Origin: an uncultured Bacteroidales bacterium
Lineage (GTDB): Bacteria > Bacteroidota > Bacteroidia > Bacteroidales > UBA932
DNA length: 64,000 nt
NCBI GenBank assembly: GCA_949289565.1
Contig: CASEOO010000030.1
Span: forward strand, 145,813-209,812
Direction of reading: 5' to 3'
Shown: in pieces, positions 1-9,047 of the stretch
Layout of the letters: each line of letters begins with the position of its first letter
Numbering within the stretch: position 1 is the first letter of the stretch
The notes under the pieces: generated by a model
Told to the model about the DNA's origin: nothing
Seen by the model: the letters and a program-made list of their open reading frames with translations, nothing else
Databases searched by the model: none
Translations under genes and position numbers: made by a program

Positions 1-30
1 GGTTCGGCTGAACTTATGCTCCGCTAAGCT

Positions 31-1197
31 GTGATTTATGTCCACATCCCTTTCTGCAGGAGCTTCTGCACATATTGCGGATTCTATTCTGAGGTTTGTC
101 TCAAAGGAAGCCGGAAAGAAGCCCGGACAGAATTGTTCGCCGAAGCGCTGAAGAATGAACTATTGGCCAGGCGCGAAGAGGCATGTGGCAGTCCTGGCAC
201 GTTGTATATAGGAGGCGGCACCCCGTCGGTGCTGCCTCCTTCTGTTCTTTCCTCTATAGTGGAGGCCGTCAATGCCTCCCGGGGTACAGAAAAGGCTTAT
301 GATGAGTTTACGGTCGAAGTGAACCCGGACGACATCGTCTCCGGCGGGCCGCGATATGCCGAGTTCCTTCTTTCTCTCGGAGTGGACAGAGTCAGCATGG
401 GCATACAGTCTTTTGATGACGGCATTCTGAAATGGATGAACAGGAGACATGATGCCGGAGAAGCCTCGGAAGCGTACAGGATACTGAGACAGGCCGGGAT
501 TAAGAATGTAAGCCTGGATTTGATTTTCGGCATTCCGCGGCTTGATGACAGAATGTGGAACTGGACTCTGGACAGGATTCTGGATTTGCCGGAAGGTCTC
601 CCGGAGCATATATCGGCTTACCAGCTTTCTGTAGAGGAAGGTTCAGTTCTCGAGCGTCTTGTCATGTCCGGCAGATGCCGCGAGGCCTCGGAAGAGGAAT
701 GCTCCAGACAGTATGAGACATTGTGCTCCAGGCTGGCAGATGCCGGATATCATCATTATGAAGTGTCGAATTTTGCCTTGCCCGGCCATGAGGCAGTGCA
801 CAATTCTGCATATTGGGCCGGCAGGCCTTACCTGGGACTTGGGCCCGGGGCTCATTCTTTCAGAGTCGAAGACGGCAGTCATGTGAGGAGCTGGAATCCG
901 CCATCTGTAGATAAGTATATTGCAGTTTTCGGTTCAGTGGAGGGGCTGGAAAAACGGATGGCCGGATACAGGAGGTCTGAGATATTGACTGATGAGCAGA
1001 TTTCTCTTGAGGCAGTCATGCTTATGCTGAGAACTGACAAGGGAATGCCTGAGCATCTTCTCAGAACATCTGGAGATTCAGCGGCCATAGACAGGATGCT
1101 CCATGCAGGAAACCTTGTACGTCTTCCAGATGGGCATGTGCGGATACCTGAGTCTAAATTCTTCGTTTCTGACTCTATTATAGCCGCTATAGCCTGA
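31..1197 (+). CDS. hemW: Radical SAM heme chaperone HemW / HemN-like coproporphyrinogen III oxidase family protein
   Basis: 388-aa ORF. N-terminal CxxxCxxC radical-SAM motif (HIPFCRSFCTYCGF) and a GGGTPS motif. GTG start immediately follows an in-frame TAA. Confidence 0.85.
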   Translation: MIYVHIPFCRSFCTYCGFYSEVCLKGSRKEARTELFAEALKNELLARREEACGSPGTLYIGGGTPSVLPPSVLSSIVEAVNASRGTEKAYDEFTVEVNPDDIVSGGPRYAEFLLSLGVDRVSMGIQSFDDGILKWMNRRHDAGEASEAYRILRQAGIKNVSLDLIFGIPRLDDRMWNWTLDRILDLPEGLPEHISAYQLSVEEGSVLERLVMSGRCREASEEECSRQYETLCSRLADAGYHHYEVSNFALPGHEAVHNSAYWAGRPYLGLGPGAHSFRVEDGSHVRSWNPPSVDKYIAVFGSVEGLEKRMAGYRRSEILTDEQISLEAVMLMLRTDKGMPEHLLRTSGDSAAIDRMLHAGNLVRLPDGHVRIPESKFFVSDSIIAAIA

Positions 1198-1255
1198 AAG
1201 TTTGCATTGTCTGAGGCGGCACGCTGAAGACAGCTGAAATATAAATGTTTTTATT

Positions 1256-3049
1256 ATGAATATTTACGCAGAGAGAATTCAGAATCTTCGTGCACTTATG
1301 AGGAGCAACGGATGGGATGCGGCTGTCATCTCCGGCTCTGACCCTCACGCGAGTGAATATTCGGCCGGAAGATGGCGGCAGGTGGCATGGCTTTCCGGCT
1401 TTACGGGAGAAGCCGGGGACTTGGTCGTAACGGCTGACCATGCAGGGCTGTGGACAGATTCCAGGTTCTTCATTCAGGCAGGACTCCAGCTGGAAGGCAC
1501 AGGCGTGGAACTGCACAAGACTCGCGTGCCTGGCGCTGAAAGTATTTCGGAATGGCTTTCCGGAAGGGTTTCAACCGTAGCTGTTGATGGCTTGTGCCAG
1601 ACAGTCGATTCGGTGGCGGATCTGGAGAAAGCAGGGTTCACAGTCGTGGATGTCCCTGATATGTTGTCTCCGCTGTGGCCAGACAGGCCGGATGTACCTT
1701 CCACTCCAGTGATGACCCTGTCTGAGGAATCTGCAGGGCAGTCCAGCTACGACAAATTGACAAGGCTTCGTAAATTTCTGATGCTCAATGACTGCGACTG
1801 CATTTTTATTTCCGCTTTGGATCAGATAGCCTGGCTGCTGAATGTCCGCGGGGAAGATATAGAATATAATCCTTATGTGATTTCTTACTTGCTTGTCACC
1901 CAGTCTGATGCTATGTGGTTTGTAAAAAAGGAAGAAGGCTCGCTGGACCCTGATACCGAGGACAGTTTTCAGGAGCTGGAAGCCGATGGCATCTCCATAC
2001 TGCCATACCATGATGTGAAACCTGCTCTGGCAGAGTTTTTCAGGTCAGAGGCTCCGGCTGTCTTTCTGGATTTTTCGACTCTCAACTACTCTCTGTATCA
2101 ATATATATCAGAGTCCGCCGGCGAAGAGAATATCGTCAGGGGCGTGTCTCCCGTGACGCTGTGGAAAGCAGTGAAGAATGACGCAGAAATAGAAGGAATG
2201 AGGGAAGCATTCCTCGAAGACGGCCTGGCAATGGAAAAATTCCTCTACTGGCTGGATTCGGAAGTTCATTCCGGCAGGACTGTCACTGAGCGGGAGGCCT
2301 CGGACAAGCTTACAGCGCTGAGATCGGAAATCCCAGGCTACAGAGGCGACAGCTTCGCCAATATTTCCGCTTACGGGCCTGATGCCGCGCTTCCTCACTA
2401 TTCCACTCCTGAGTGCGGCTCCGCCGCAATACTGCCTCGCGGCCTCTATCTGACAGATTCCGGAGGCCAATACCTCTTCGGAACCACAGACATCACGCGC
2501 ACTGTCCCGATGGGGGAATGCTCGTACCTTGAAAAAGAAGATTATACCTTGGTGCTGAAAGGGATGATAGCCCTTGCCAGGGCAATATTCCCGTCCGGGA
2601 CTGCCGGATGCCAGCTGGATATCCTGGCCAGAAACCCTCTATGGCAGAATGTCAGGAACTTCGGCCATGGAACGGGGCATGGTGTAGGCTTTTATTCCGG
2701 AGTGCATGAAGGCCCGCAGGATATCAGGCAGAATTTCAATTCCCAGCCTATTCTTCCGGGCATGGTCACTTCTGACGAGCCTGGAATCTACAGGGAGGGC
2801 CAGCATGGAGTCAGGCATGAGAATATTCTTCTCTGCCGAGAACTGAATGAAAACGCTTTCGGGTCATGGCTCTGTTTCGAGACTCTCACTCTCTGCCATA
2901 TAGACACATCCGCCATCATCAGAGACCTGATGACAGCGGATGAGATAGAGTGGCTGAACGGCTATAACAGGCATGTCTTCGATGTCCTCTCGCCAAGGCT
3001 GGACGAAGATGTCACAGCATGGCTTCGTTCGAAGACTCGTCCTGTATAG
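1256..3049 (+). CDS. Xaa-Pro aminopeptidase (M24B family, creatinase-like N-terminal domain)
   Basis: 597-aa ORF. C-terminal pita-bread metal-ligand signature (HGTGHGVGFYSGVHEGP, SDEPGIY). ATG at 1256. Confidence 0.85.
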   Translation: MNIYAERIQNLRALMRSNGWDAAVISGSDPHASEYSAGRWRQVAWLSGFTGEAGDLVVTADHAGLWTDSRFFIQAGLQLEGTGVELHKTRVPGAESISEWLSGRVSTVAVDGLCQTVDSVADLEKAGFTVVDVPDMLSPLWPDRPDVPSTPVMTLSEESAGQSSYDKLTRLRKFLMLNDCDCIFISALDQIAWLLNVRGEDIEYNPYVISYLLVTQSDAMWFVKKEEGSLDPDTEDSFQELEADGISILPYHDVKPALAEFFRSEAPAVFLDFSTLNYSLYQYISESAGEENIVRGVSPVTLWKAVKNDAEIEGMREAFLEDGLAMEKFLYWLDSEVHSGRTVTEREASDKLTALRSEIPGYRGDSFANISAYGPDAALPHYSTPECGSAAILPRGLYLTDSGGQYLFGTTDITRTVPMGECSYLEKEDYTLVLKGMIALARAIFPSGTAGCQLDILARNPLWQNVRNFGHGTGHGVGFYSGVHEGPQDIRQNFNSQPILPGMVTSDEPGIYREGQHGVRHENILLCRELNENAFGSWLCFETLTLCHIDTSAIIRDLMTADEIEWLNGYNRHVFDVLSPRLDEDVTAWLRSKTRPV

Positions 3050-3051
3050 TG

Positions 3052-4398
3052 TTATTCAGCGAGGTTTTTCGCGATTTCATCGTCTGAAAGCGAATAGTCT
3101 ACAAGGTTTCCTGCGAGATACTGGTCATATGATGCCATATCTACCAGTCCATGGCCGGAAAGATTGAACAGGATGACCTTGTTTTCGCCGGTTTCCTTGC
3201 ATTTCAATGCTTCCCGTATAGTGGCCGCTATAGCATGGCAGGATTCAGGGGCAGGGATGATTCCTTCTGCTTTGGCGAACAGGCATCCTGCCTTGAATGA
3301 CTCAATCTGCTGTATGTCCACAGCTTCCATAAGCCCGTCTTTCAGCAGCTGCGACACTATCACCCCGGCGCCGTGATACCTGAGACCTCCGGCATGGATG
3401 TTTGCAGGCTTGAACTTGTGCCCTAAGGTGAACATAGGGAGAAGCGGTGTATACCCTGTTTCATCTCCGAAATCGTACTCAAACTTTCCTTTGGTGAGTT
3501 TCGGACAGGAAGCAGGCTCGGCTGCAATGAACCTGGTTTTCTTTCCGTCCAGGATATTGTGCCGCAGGAAAGGGAATGATATCCCGCCGAAATTGGAGCC
3601 TCCGCCGAAGCAGGCTATCACCATGTCCGGGTATTCTCCTGCCATTTCCATCTGCTTTTCAGCTTCAAGCCCTATCACAGTCTGGTGCAGGGTGACATGG
3701 CTCATCACAGACCCGAGGGTGTATTTGCATCCCGGAGTCATCTGTGCCAGTTCTACAGCTTCCGATATAGCTGTTCCGAGCGACCCCTGGTGGTTAGGGT
3801 CTTTCGTCAGAATATCCTTTCCGGCCCTTGTGGTCATGGACGGGGACGGTATGACCTGTGCTCCGAAAACCTGCATGATGCTGCGCCTGTATGGCTTCTG
3901 CTCATAGCTGATTTTCACTTGGTATACCGCGGCCTCGATGCCGAAGAGCTTCGCGGCATATGAAAGCGCCGCTCCCCACTGCCCGGCCCCGGTTTCAGTG
4001 GTGACATTTGTGACGCCCTCCTGTTTGCAGTAATATGCCTGGGCGAGGGCGGAATTCAGCTTGTGCGAGCCCACCGGGCTGACGCTTTCGTTCTTGAAAT
4101 ATATATGGGCAGGTGTCCCTAACGCTTCTTCAAGTCCGTATGCACGCACCAGGGGAGTGGAGCGGTAGTAGGCGTACATTTCTCTTACTTTTTCAGGAAT
4201 ATCTATCCATCGGTCTGTCTGGTTGAGTTCCTGTTTGCATAGTTCCTTGGCGAAAATAGGAAAGAGGTCTTCGGCTTTCATAGGTTGCTTTGTAGCCGGA
4301 TTCAGCAGAGGCATTGGCTTGTTGATCATGTCTGCCTGGATGTTGTACCATTGCTTTGGCAGGTCGGCCTCATTCAGAAAAAATCGTTTCTGTTTCAT
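3052..4398 (-). CDS. TrpB-like pyridoxal-phosphate-dependent enzyme (tryptophan synthase beta, TrpB2 type)
   Basis: 448-aa ORF. N-terminus (MKQKRFFLNEADLPKQWYNIQADM), the PLP-lysine region (GSHKLNSA) and the GGGSNFGG loop are typical of long TrpB2 proteins. No trpA is adjacent. Confidence 0.8.
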   Translation of the reverse strand: MKQKRFFLNEADLPKQWYNIQADMINKPMPLLNPATKQPMKAEDLFPIFAKELCKQELNQTDRWIDIPEKVREMYAYYRSTPLVRAYGLEEALGTPAHIYFKNESVSPVGSHKLNSALAQAYYCKQEGVTNVTTETGAGQWGAALSYAAKLFGIEAAVYQVKISYEQKPYRRSIMQVFGAQVIPSPSMTTRAGKDILTKDPNHQGSLGTAISEAVELAQMTPGCKYTLGSVMSHVTLHQTVIGLEAEKQMEMAGEYPDMVIACFGGGSNFGGISFPFLRHNILDGKKTRFIAAEPASCPKLTKGKFEYDFGDETGYTPLLPMFTLGHKFKPANIHAGGLRYHGAGVIVSQLLKDGLMEAVDIQQIESFKAGCLFAKAEGIIPAPESCHAIAATIREALKCKETGENKVILFNLSGHGLVDMASYDQYLAGNLVDYSLSDDEIAKNLAE

Positions 4399-4460
4399 GA
4401 CGCGATGAATTTAAGTTTGTTTTATATGTGTTGTTTTATCCTGAAAGGATCATATGAGGT

Positions 4461-4499
4461 AAAAAAGAAGCCGGTCAGATTTGTTCCGGCCGGCTTCTT
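4461..4499 (-). terminator. Intrinsic terminator downstream of the cytochrome b gene
   Basis: 10-bp stem AAGAAGCCGG (4465-4474) pairs with CCGGCTTCTT (4490-4499). The plus-strand A-run at 4461-4464 gives a U-tract on the minus-strand transcript. Confidence 0.6.
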
Positions 4500-4520
4500 A
4501 AAGTTTCTGTCTGAAATTCC

Positions 4521-5201
4521 TTATGCCATTATGTAAGCGTTGATCGCTGTGGCGGTGAATCCGAGGAAAATCAGTGTTGCAAATATGTATGCAATGACTT
4601 TAAGTCGCTTCAGCCAAATCATGTTGTTCCAGCCGATGGTCTGGAATGCGCTCCAGAAACCATGAGTCAGGTGGAACCAGAGAGCTCCGAACCAGATAAT
4701 GTAAAGCACCAGCACCCACCAGTGTCCGAATGTGGTTGTAAGCAGAAGGTATGGATCCACGGCCTCTTCGCCCATGAACTCTTTCAGCTGCATGTCAGCC
4801 CAGAAATGGGTAAGGTGGAATGCCAGGAAACCCAGCACAATGATACCCAGGACTATCATGTTTTTGGAAGCCCATGAATCTGCTTTCGCCTTGCTGGCTA
4901 CTTTGTAACGGAAATATCCTCCGCGTGTATTGAGGTTGTGCAGAGTCAGGATGATGGCGTAGATGATATGGATGATGAAGCCGAATGCAAGAACCGGCAC
5001 CATTATAGTCACGATAGGAAGAGACATGAACTCGCATCCCATGGCGAAAAGTCCGTCAGGCGCCCCGAAGTTACCTGTACATGAATCGATGATGGAGAAT
5101 GAGTTGATGGTAAGATGGAGCAAGAGGAAGATGATGAGGAACAGTCCGCTGATACTCATTATGAGTTTCTTGCCGATCGAAGATGTAAAAATGTTTGCCA
5201 T
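4521..5201 (-). CDS. Succinate dehydrogenase/fumarate reductase cytochrome b subunit (Bacteroides FrdC type)
   Basis: 226-aa polytopic membrane ORF. The N-terminus MANIFTSSIGKKLIMSISGLFLIIFLLLHL and spaced His residues are typical of b558-type subunits. It has its own promoter box and terminator. Confidence 0.8.
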   Translation of the reverse strand: MANIFTSSIGKKLIMSISGLFLIIFLLLHLTINSFSIIDSCTGNFGAPDGLFAMGCEFMSLPIVTIMVPVLAFGFIIHIIYAIILTLHNLNTRGGYFRYKVASKAKADSWASKNMIVLGIIVLGFLAFHLTHFWADMQLKEFMGEEAVDPYLLLTTTFGHWWVLVLYIIWFGALWFHLTHGFWSAFQTIGWNNMIWLKRLKVIAYIFATLIFLGFTATAINAYIMA

Positions 5202-5241
5202 ATCAGTATCCTAAAAAATTGCGTTTAAGACTTCAGTTGTG

Positions 5242-5249
5242 CAAAGATA
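5242..5249 (-). promoter_or_regulatory. Bacteroidetes-type -7 promoter box (TATCTTTG) for the cytochrome b gene
   Basis: Exact TAnnTTTG match on the minus strand, about 40 nt upstream of the ATG at 5201. Confidence 0.4.
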
Positions 5250-5281
5250 TATTCTTTCTTGCAAGTTTCATAATAAAATGA

Positions 5282-5289
5282 TATTTTTG
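5282..5289 (+). promoter_or_regulatory. Bacteroidetes-type -7 promoter box (TATTTTTG) for pyrH-frr
   Basis: Exact TAnnTTTG match 27 nt upstream of the pyrH ATG. Confidence 0.4.
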
Positions 5290-5315
5290 TTTGCCTTAAA
5301 TTTAAATATCGGATT

Positions 5316-6020
5316 ATGTACAAACGCGTATTGCTTAAGCTCAGCGGAGAAAGCCTGGGCGGGCCTTCCGGGAAGGGCATAAGCGAAGACATGCTTGCCG
5401 CTTATGCGGAGGAAATAGCCGCGGCCGTCAGGGCGGGGCTTCAGGTCTCCATCGTCATCGGCGGCGGGAATATATTCAGGGGCCTTTCAGGTGTGGGCAA
5501 GGGCTTTGACAGAGTGAACGGCGACAAGATGGGAATGCTGGCCACGGTCATAAATTCTCTGGGGCTGGCCATGGCCATCCGGTCTGCCGGAGTGGAGGCG
5601 GAAGTGTTTACAGCTACTCCGATGATGCCTGTGGCCAGATATTATATGAGGGACGATGCGGTGGCTTTCATGGAGAAAGGAGGGGTTTCGCTCATTGCCG
5701 GAGGCACAGGGAATCCATTCTTCACCACAGATTCGGGCGCCGCTCTGCGTGCTCTGGAGATAGGGGCTGACGCGCTTCTGAAAGGAACCAGGGTGGACGG
5801 GGTGTATACTGCCGACCCTGAAAAAGACCCGTCAGCTGTCAAATATGATGAACTTACATTCGACAAGGCTATTGAAGACCATCTGAAAGTGATGGACCAG
5901 ACGGCTTTCGCCCTGTGCAGGGAAGGCAATATGCCTATAATAGTCTTCGACATGAATGCCAAAGGCAATCTGACTAAACTTGTCAATGGCGAGAAAGTCG
6001 GGACGCTCGTGCATGTTTAG
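5316..6020 (+). CDS. pyrH: UMP kinase
   Basis: 234-aa ORF with N-terminus MYKRVLLKLSGESL and the GGGNIFRG motif. Confidence 0.95.
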   Translation: MYKRVLLKLSGESLGGPSGKGISEDMLAAYAEEIAAAVRAGLQVSIVIGGGNIFRGLSGVGKGFDRVNGDKMGMLATVINSLGLAMAIRSAGVEAEVFTATPMMPVARYYMRDDAVAFMEKGGVSLIAGGTGNPFFTTDSGAALRALEIGADALLKGTRVDGVYTADPEKDPSAVKYDELTFDKAIEDHLKVMDQTAFALCREGNMPIIVFDMNAKGNLTKLVNGEKVGTLVHV

Positions 6021-6044
6021 AATTGAAAAACAAATATTGACATT

Positions 6045-6608
6045 ATGATAGATAAAGCAAAAGAACTCGTGTCATCGGCCAAGACGAAGATGTCCGATGC
6101 TGTGAAATTTCTGGAAGAAGACCTTAAAACATACAGGGTGGGAAAGGCAAATCCGCTGATATTCAACAATGTGCTTGTTGATTATTATGGAACGCCGACT
6201 CCGGTGCCTCAGGTGGCATCTGTGACTGTTCCTGATGCCAAGACTATTCTGATCCAGCCTTGGGAGAAGAAAATGATACCTGTCATCGAGAAGGCTATCA
6301 TGGATGCGAACATCGGCCTCACTCCGCAGAACAACGGCGAGAGCATCAGGTGCAACGTGCCGCCTCTCACTGAGGACAGGAGGAAAGAGCTGATCAAGAA
6401 AGTGAAGGCTGCCGGCGAAAATGCGAAAGTGGTGGTCAGAAATGCACGCCGCGATGCTATCGACGCTTTGAAAAAGGCGCAGAAAGAAGGCCTTCCTGAG
6501 GATGCTGAGAAAGATTTCGAGCAGAATGTGCAGAAAGAGACTGACTCTTTCGTCAAGAAAGTGGATGAACTCGTATCTTCAAAGGAGAAAGAGATTCTCA
6601 CAGTGTAG
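6045..6608 (+). CDS. frr: Ribosome recycling factor
   Basis: 187-aa ORF with typical Frr sequence (TYRVGKANPLIFNNVLVDYYG ... PPLTEDRRKELIK). Sits immediately downstream of pyrH. Confidence 0.95.
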   Translation: MIDKAKELVSSAKTKMSDAVKFLEEDLKTYRVGKANPLIFNNVLVDYYGTPTPVPQVASVTVPDAKTILIQPWEKKMIPVIEKAIMDANIGLTPQNNGESIRCNVPPLTEDRRKELIKKVKAAGENAKVVVRNARRDAIDALKKAQKEGLPEDAEKDFEQNVQKETDSFVKKVDELVSSKEKEILTV

Positions 6609-6666
6609 TGCTGAATTTTTTAAGAAAATTTAAACGGCTTCCGGCAGAATCAAAAGAAAAATTCCT

Positions 6667-6674
6667 TATATTTG
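6667..6674 (+). promoter_or_regulatory. -7 promoter box (TATATTTG) for the aromatic amino acid operon leader
   Basis: Exact TAnnTTTG match 19 nt upstream of the leader-peptide ATG. Confidence 0.45.
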
Positions 6675-6692
6675 CCAGGAACATTTGAGAGC

Positions 6693-6749
6693 ATGAACAA
6701 ACGATTTAGCGCATACGGTTATTTTTATTTCTATTTCCAGAAAAGGTGA
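6693..6749 (+). CDS. Candidate 18-codon Phe/Tyr-rich leader peptide (MNKRFSAYGYFYFYFQKR)
   Basis: ATG-to-TGA mini-ORF read directly from the sequence. 8 of 18 codons are Phe or Tyr, including the run YFYFYF. It lies between a promoter box and an intrinsic terminator upstream of pheA. Confidence 0.6.
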   Translation: MNKRFSAYGYFYFYFQKR

Positions 6750-6796
6750 TAGCCGGGCGTTGCGTGTAGTACAATATAATAATAAGGATTTATGTT

Positions 6797-6828
6797 GGAG
6801 CTGTCCGGTATCGGATAGCTCCTTTTTT
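6797..6828 (+). terminator. Intrinsic terminator (attenuator) between the leader peptide and pheA
   Basis: 11-bp stem GGAGCTGTCCG (6797-6807) pairs with CGGATAGCTCC (6812-6822) with one G-U pair. 4-nt loop, then TTTTTT (6823-6828). Lies 48 nt before the pheA ATG. Confidence 0.65.
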
Positions 6829-6875
6829 ATGCATGGATTCCTCCGGGATGTGCAGACGAAAATTAGAAACGAAAT

Positions 6876-7727
6876 ATGAATCAGACAGAAAATTCAGCGC
6901 GAAGAGTGGCTATACAGGGCTATCATGGATGTTTCCATGAGCAGGCGGCCCGTATTTTCTACAGCAAGTACGACGGGAAAGTTCCTGAAATCGTGGAGTG
7001 CCCTACATTTGACGGCCTGTACAGCAGCATTGATGCAGGAAAAGCCGATGCGGCTGTGATGGCTATAGAGAATACTGTTTCAGGCGGGCTGCTTCCGAAT
7101 TTTGAATTGCTCAGAAAGTACAATGTGAAAATAAAGGGTGAAGTATTTCTTCGCATCCAGCAGAATCTGATGGCTCTTCCAGGTCAGAAGATTGAGGATA
7201 TTCACGAGGTGAGGACGCATTATATGGCGATTAACCAGACGCGTCAGTTCTTCCAGACATGTCCGTGGATACGGCTGGTGGAGTCAGAAGATACAGCGAA
7301 AAGCGCCGCTGACGTAGCGGAACAGAGGCTGGAGGGTGTCGGAGCTGTGGCATCCCTGCTGGCCGCGGACCTGTATGGGCTTGAAGTGCTGAAAGAAAGC
7401 ATAGAAACATACAAGCAGAATTTCACGAGATTCCTCATCCTGGATGACAGCATCATAGTGCCCAAGGAGAAAGTGAACAAAGTGTCGCTCTGCTTCACGC
7501 TTCCGCACAAGGCAGGCTCTCTGGCGCAGATACTCACAATTCTGTCATTTTACGACATGAATCTGACCAGGATACAGTCGCTGCCTATCCCTGGAAGATC
7601 GTGGCAGTATTTCTTTTATGCAGACATCAAGTTCGACAGCTATCTGCGTTACAGCCAGGCGATTTCAGCGGTGAGGCCGCTGATGGAAGACCTGAATATC
7701 CTGGGCGAATACGAGGCCGCTCTGTAA
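6876..7727 (+). CDS. pheA: Prephenate dehydratase
   Basis: 283-aa ORF with a PDT domain (IQGYHGCFHEQAA ... ENTVSGGL) and a C-terminal ACT-like domain (SLCFTLPHKAGSLAQIL). Confidence 0.9.
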   Translation: MNQTENSARRVAIQGYHGCFHEQAARIFYSKYDGKVPEIVECPTFDGLYSSIDAGKADAAVMAIENTVSGGLLPNFELLRKYNVKIKGEVFLRIQQNLMALPGQKIEDIHEVRTHYMAINQTRQFFQTCPWIRLVESEDTAKSAADVAEQRLEGVGAVASLLAADLYGLEVLKESIETYKQNFTRFLILDDSIIVPKEKVNKVSLCFTLPHKAGSLAQILTILSFYDMNLTRIQSLPIPGRSWQYFFYADIKFDSYLRYSQAISAVRPLMEDLNILGEYEAAL

Positions 7728-7803
7728 GCGTACAGTCGAGGCCTTGCCCTCATGCGCAGTGCAGGAATGAGACGATAATTGGAAATGTAAAAGATAAATC
7801 AAT

Positions 7804-9006
7804 ATGATCATCAGTGCAGCAAAAAGGACAGAATCTGTCCAGGAATATTACTTCTCCAGAAAATTGAAGGAAATAGACAGGATGAATGCCGGGCGCGCCG
7901 CATCCGGAGATGAGAAAATTATAAACCTTGGAATCGGCGCTCCCGACGGTATGCCTCCTGCCGAGGCAATAGAGGCTCTCAAAGAGTCTGCCTCACAGCC
8001 CGGGAACCATGCATATCAGAGCTATATCGGCCTTCCGCAGCTGCGTCAGGCATTTGCTGACTGGTATGCAAGATACTACGGCGTCTCGCTTGATCCTGGA
8101 AAGGAAATCCAGCCTTTGGTGGGCTCGAAAGAGGGAATTCTTCTGATTTCACTTGCGTTTCTGAATCCGGGTGACAAAGTTCTGGTGCCGGACCCTGGAT
8201 ATCCCACCTATTCTTCTGCCACGGCGCTCACTGAGGCCGAGCTGGTGCCATATGACTTGAAGGCGGAAAATGGCTGGCGTCCTGATTTCGAAGCTTTGGA
8301 GAAGATGGACCTCAGCGGGGTGAAAATCATGTGGACTAACTATCCGAACATGCCTACAGGTGCTTCAGCGAGCATGGAATTATATGCAGAGCTGGTGGAT
8401 TTCGGACGCAGGCACGGCATCCTGATCTGCAATGACAATCCGTACAGCTTCATATTGAATGACCATCCGCTTTCCATTCTGGCTGTGCCTGGAGCCAAGG
8501 ACTGCTGTCTGGAACTCAACTCCCTGAGCAAGGCCCACAACATGTCCGGATGGCGTATCGGCATGGCGGCGGCTGACGCAGAGATCATAGCGCAGATATT
8601 GAAAGTGAAGAGCCAGATGGACTCCGGCATGTTCAAGCCGCTTCAGATGGCCGCTGTTGCCGCATTGTCGCAGGGGCCTGAGTGGTTCATGGCGCTGAAT
8701 GAAGAATATCGCAGGCGCAGAGTCCTCGCCGGCAGAATTTTCGACATCATCGGCGCTGAATACGACCATGACAGCAGCGGAATGTTCCTCTGGGGCAGGA
8801 TTTCTCCGGGAAACAGATTCTTGAAGCCTGAGCAGGCAGACGCTTCGCTAGGGGAGCAGGTTTCAGATGCCATATTGTACGGATGCGGCGTATTTATCAC
8901 TCCTGGCTTCATTTTCGGCAGGAACGGACGTGACTATATCCGTATTTCTCTCTGCGCGAAGCCGGAGGTTCTCGAACGTTCCGCAGAAAAAATCTCGAAA
9001 ATGTAA
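7804..9006 (+). CDS. Class I/II pyridoxal-phosphate-dependent aminotransferase (probable aromatic/prephenate aminotransferase)
   Basis: 400-aa ORF with a PLP-lysine motif (SLSKAHNMSGWRIG). Embedded between pheA and tyrA. Confidence 0.8.
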   Translation: MIISAAKRTESVQEYYFSRKLKEIDRMNAGRAASGDEKIINLGIGAPDGMPPAEAIEALKESASQPGNHAYQSYIGLPQLRQAFADWYARYYGVSLDPGKEIQPLVGSKEGILLISLAFLNPGDKVLVPDPGYPTYSSATALTEAELVPYDLKAENGWRPDFEALEKMDLSGVKIMWTNYPNMPTGASASMELYAELVDFGRRHGILICNDNPYSFILNDHPLSILAVPGAKDCCLELNSLSKAHNMSGWRIGMAAADAEIIAQILKVKSQMDSGMFKPLQMAAVAALSQGPEWFMALNEEYRRRRVLAGRIFDIIGAEYDHDSSGMFLWGRISPGNRFLKPEQADASLGEQVSDAILYGCGVFITPGFIFGRNGRDYIRISLCAKPEVLERSAEKISKM

Positions 9007-9047
9007 AATCGGACGGCGAATACCGGATTTTTCCCGTAAATGAGGAA

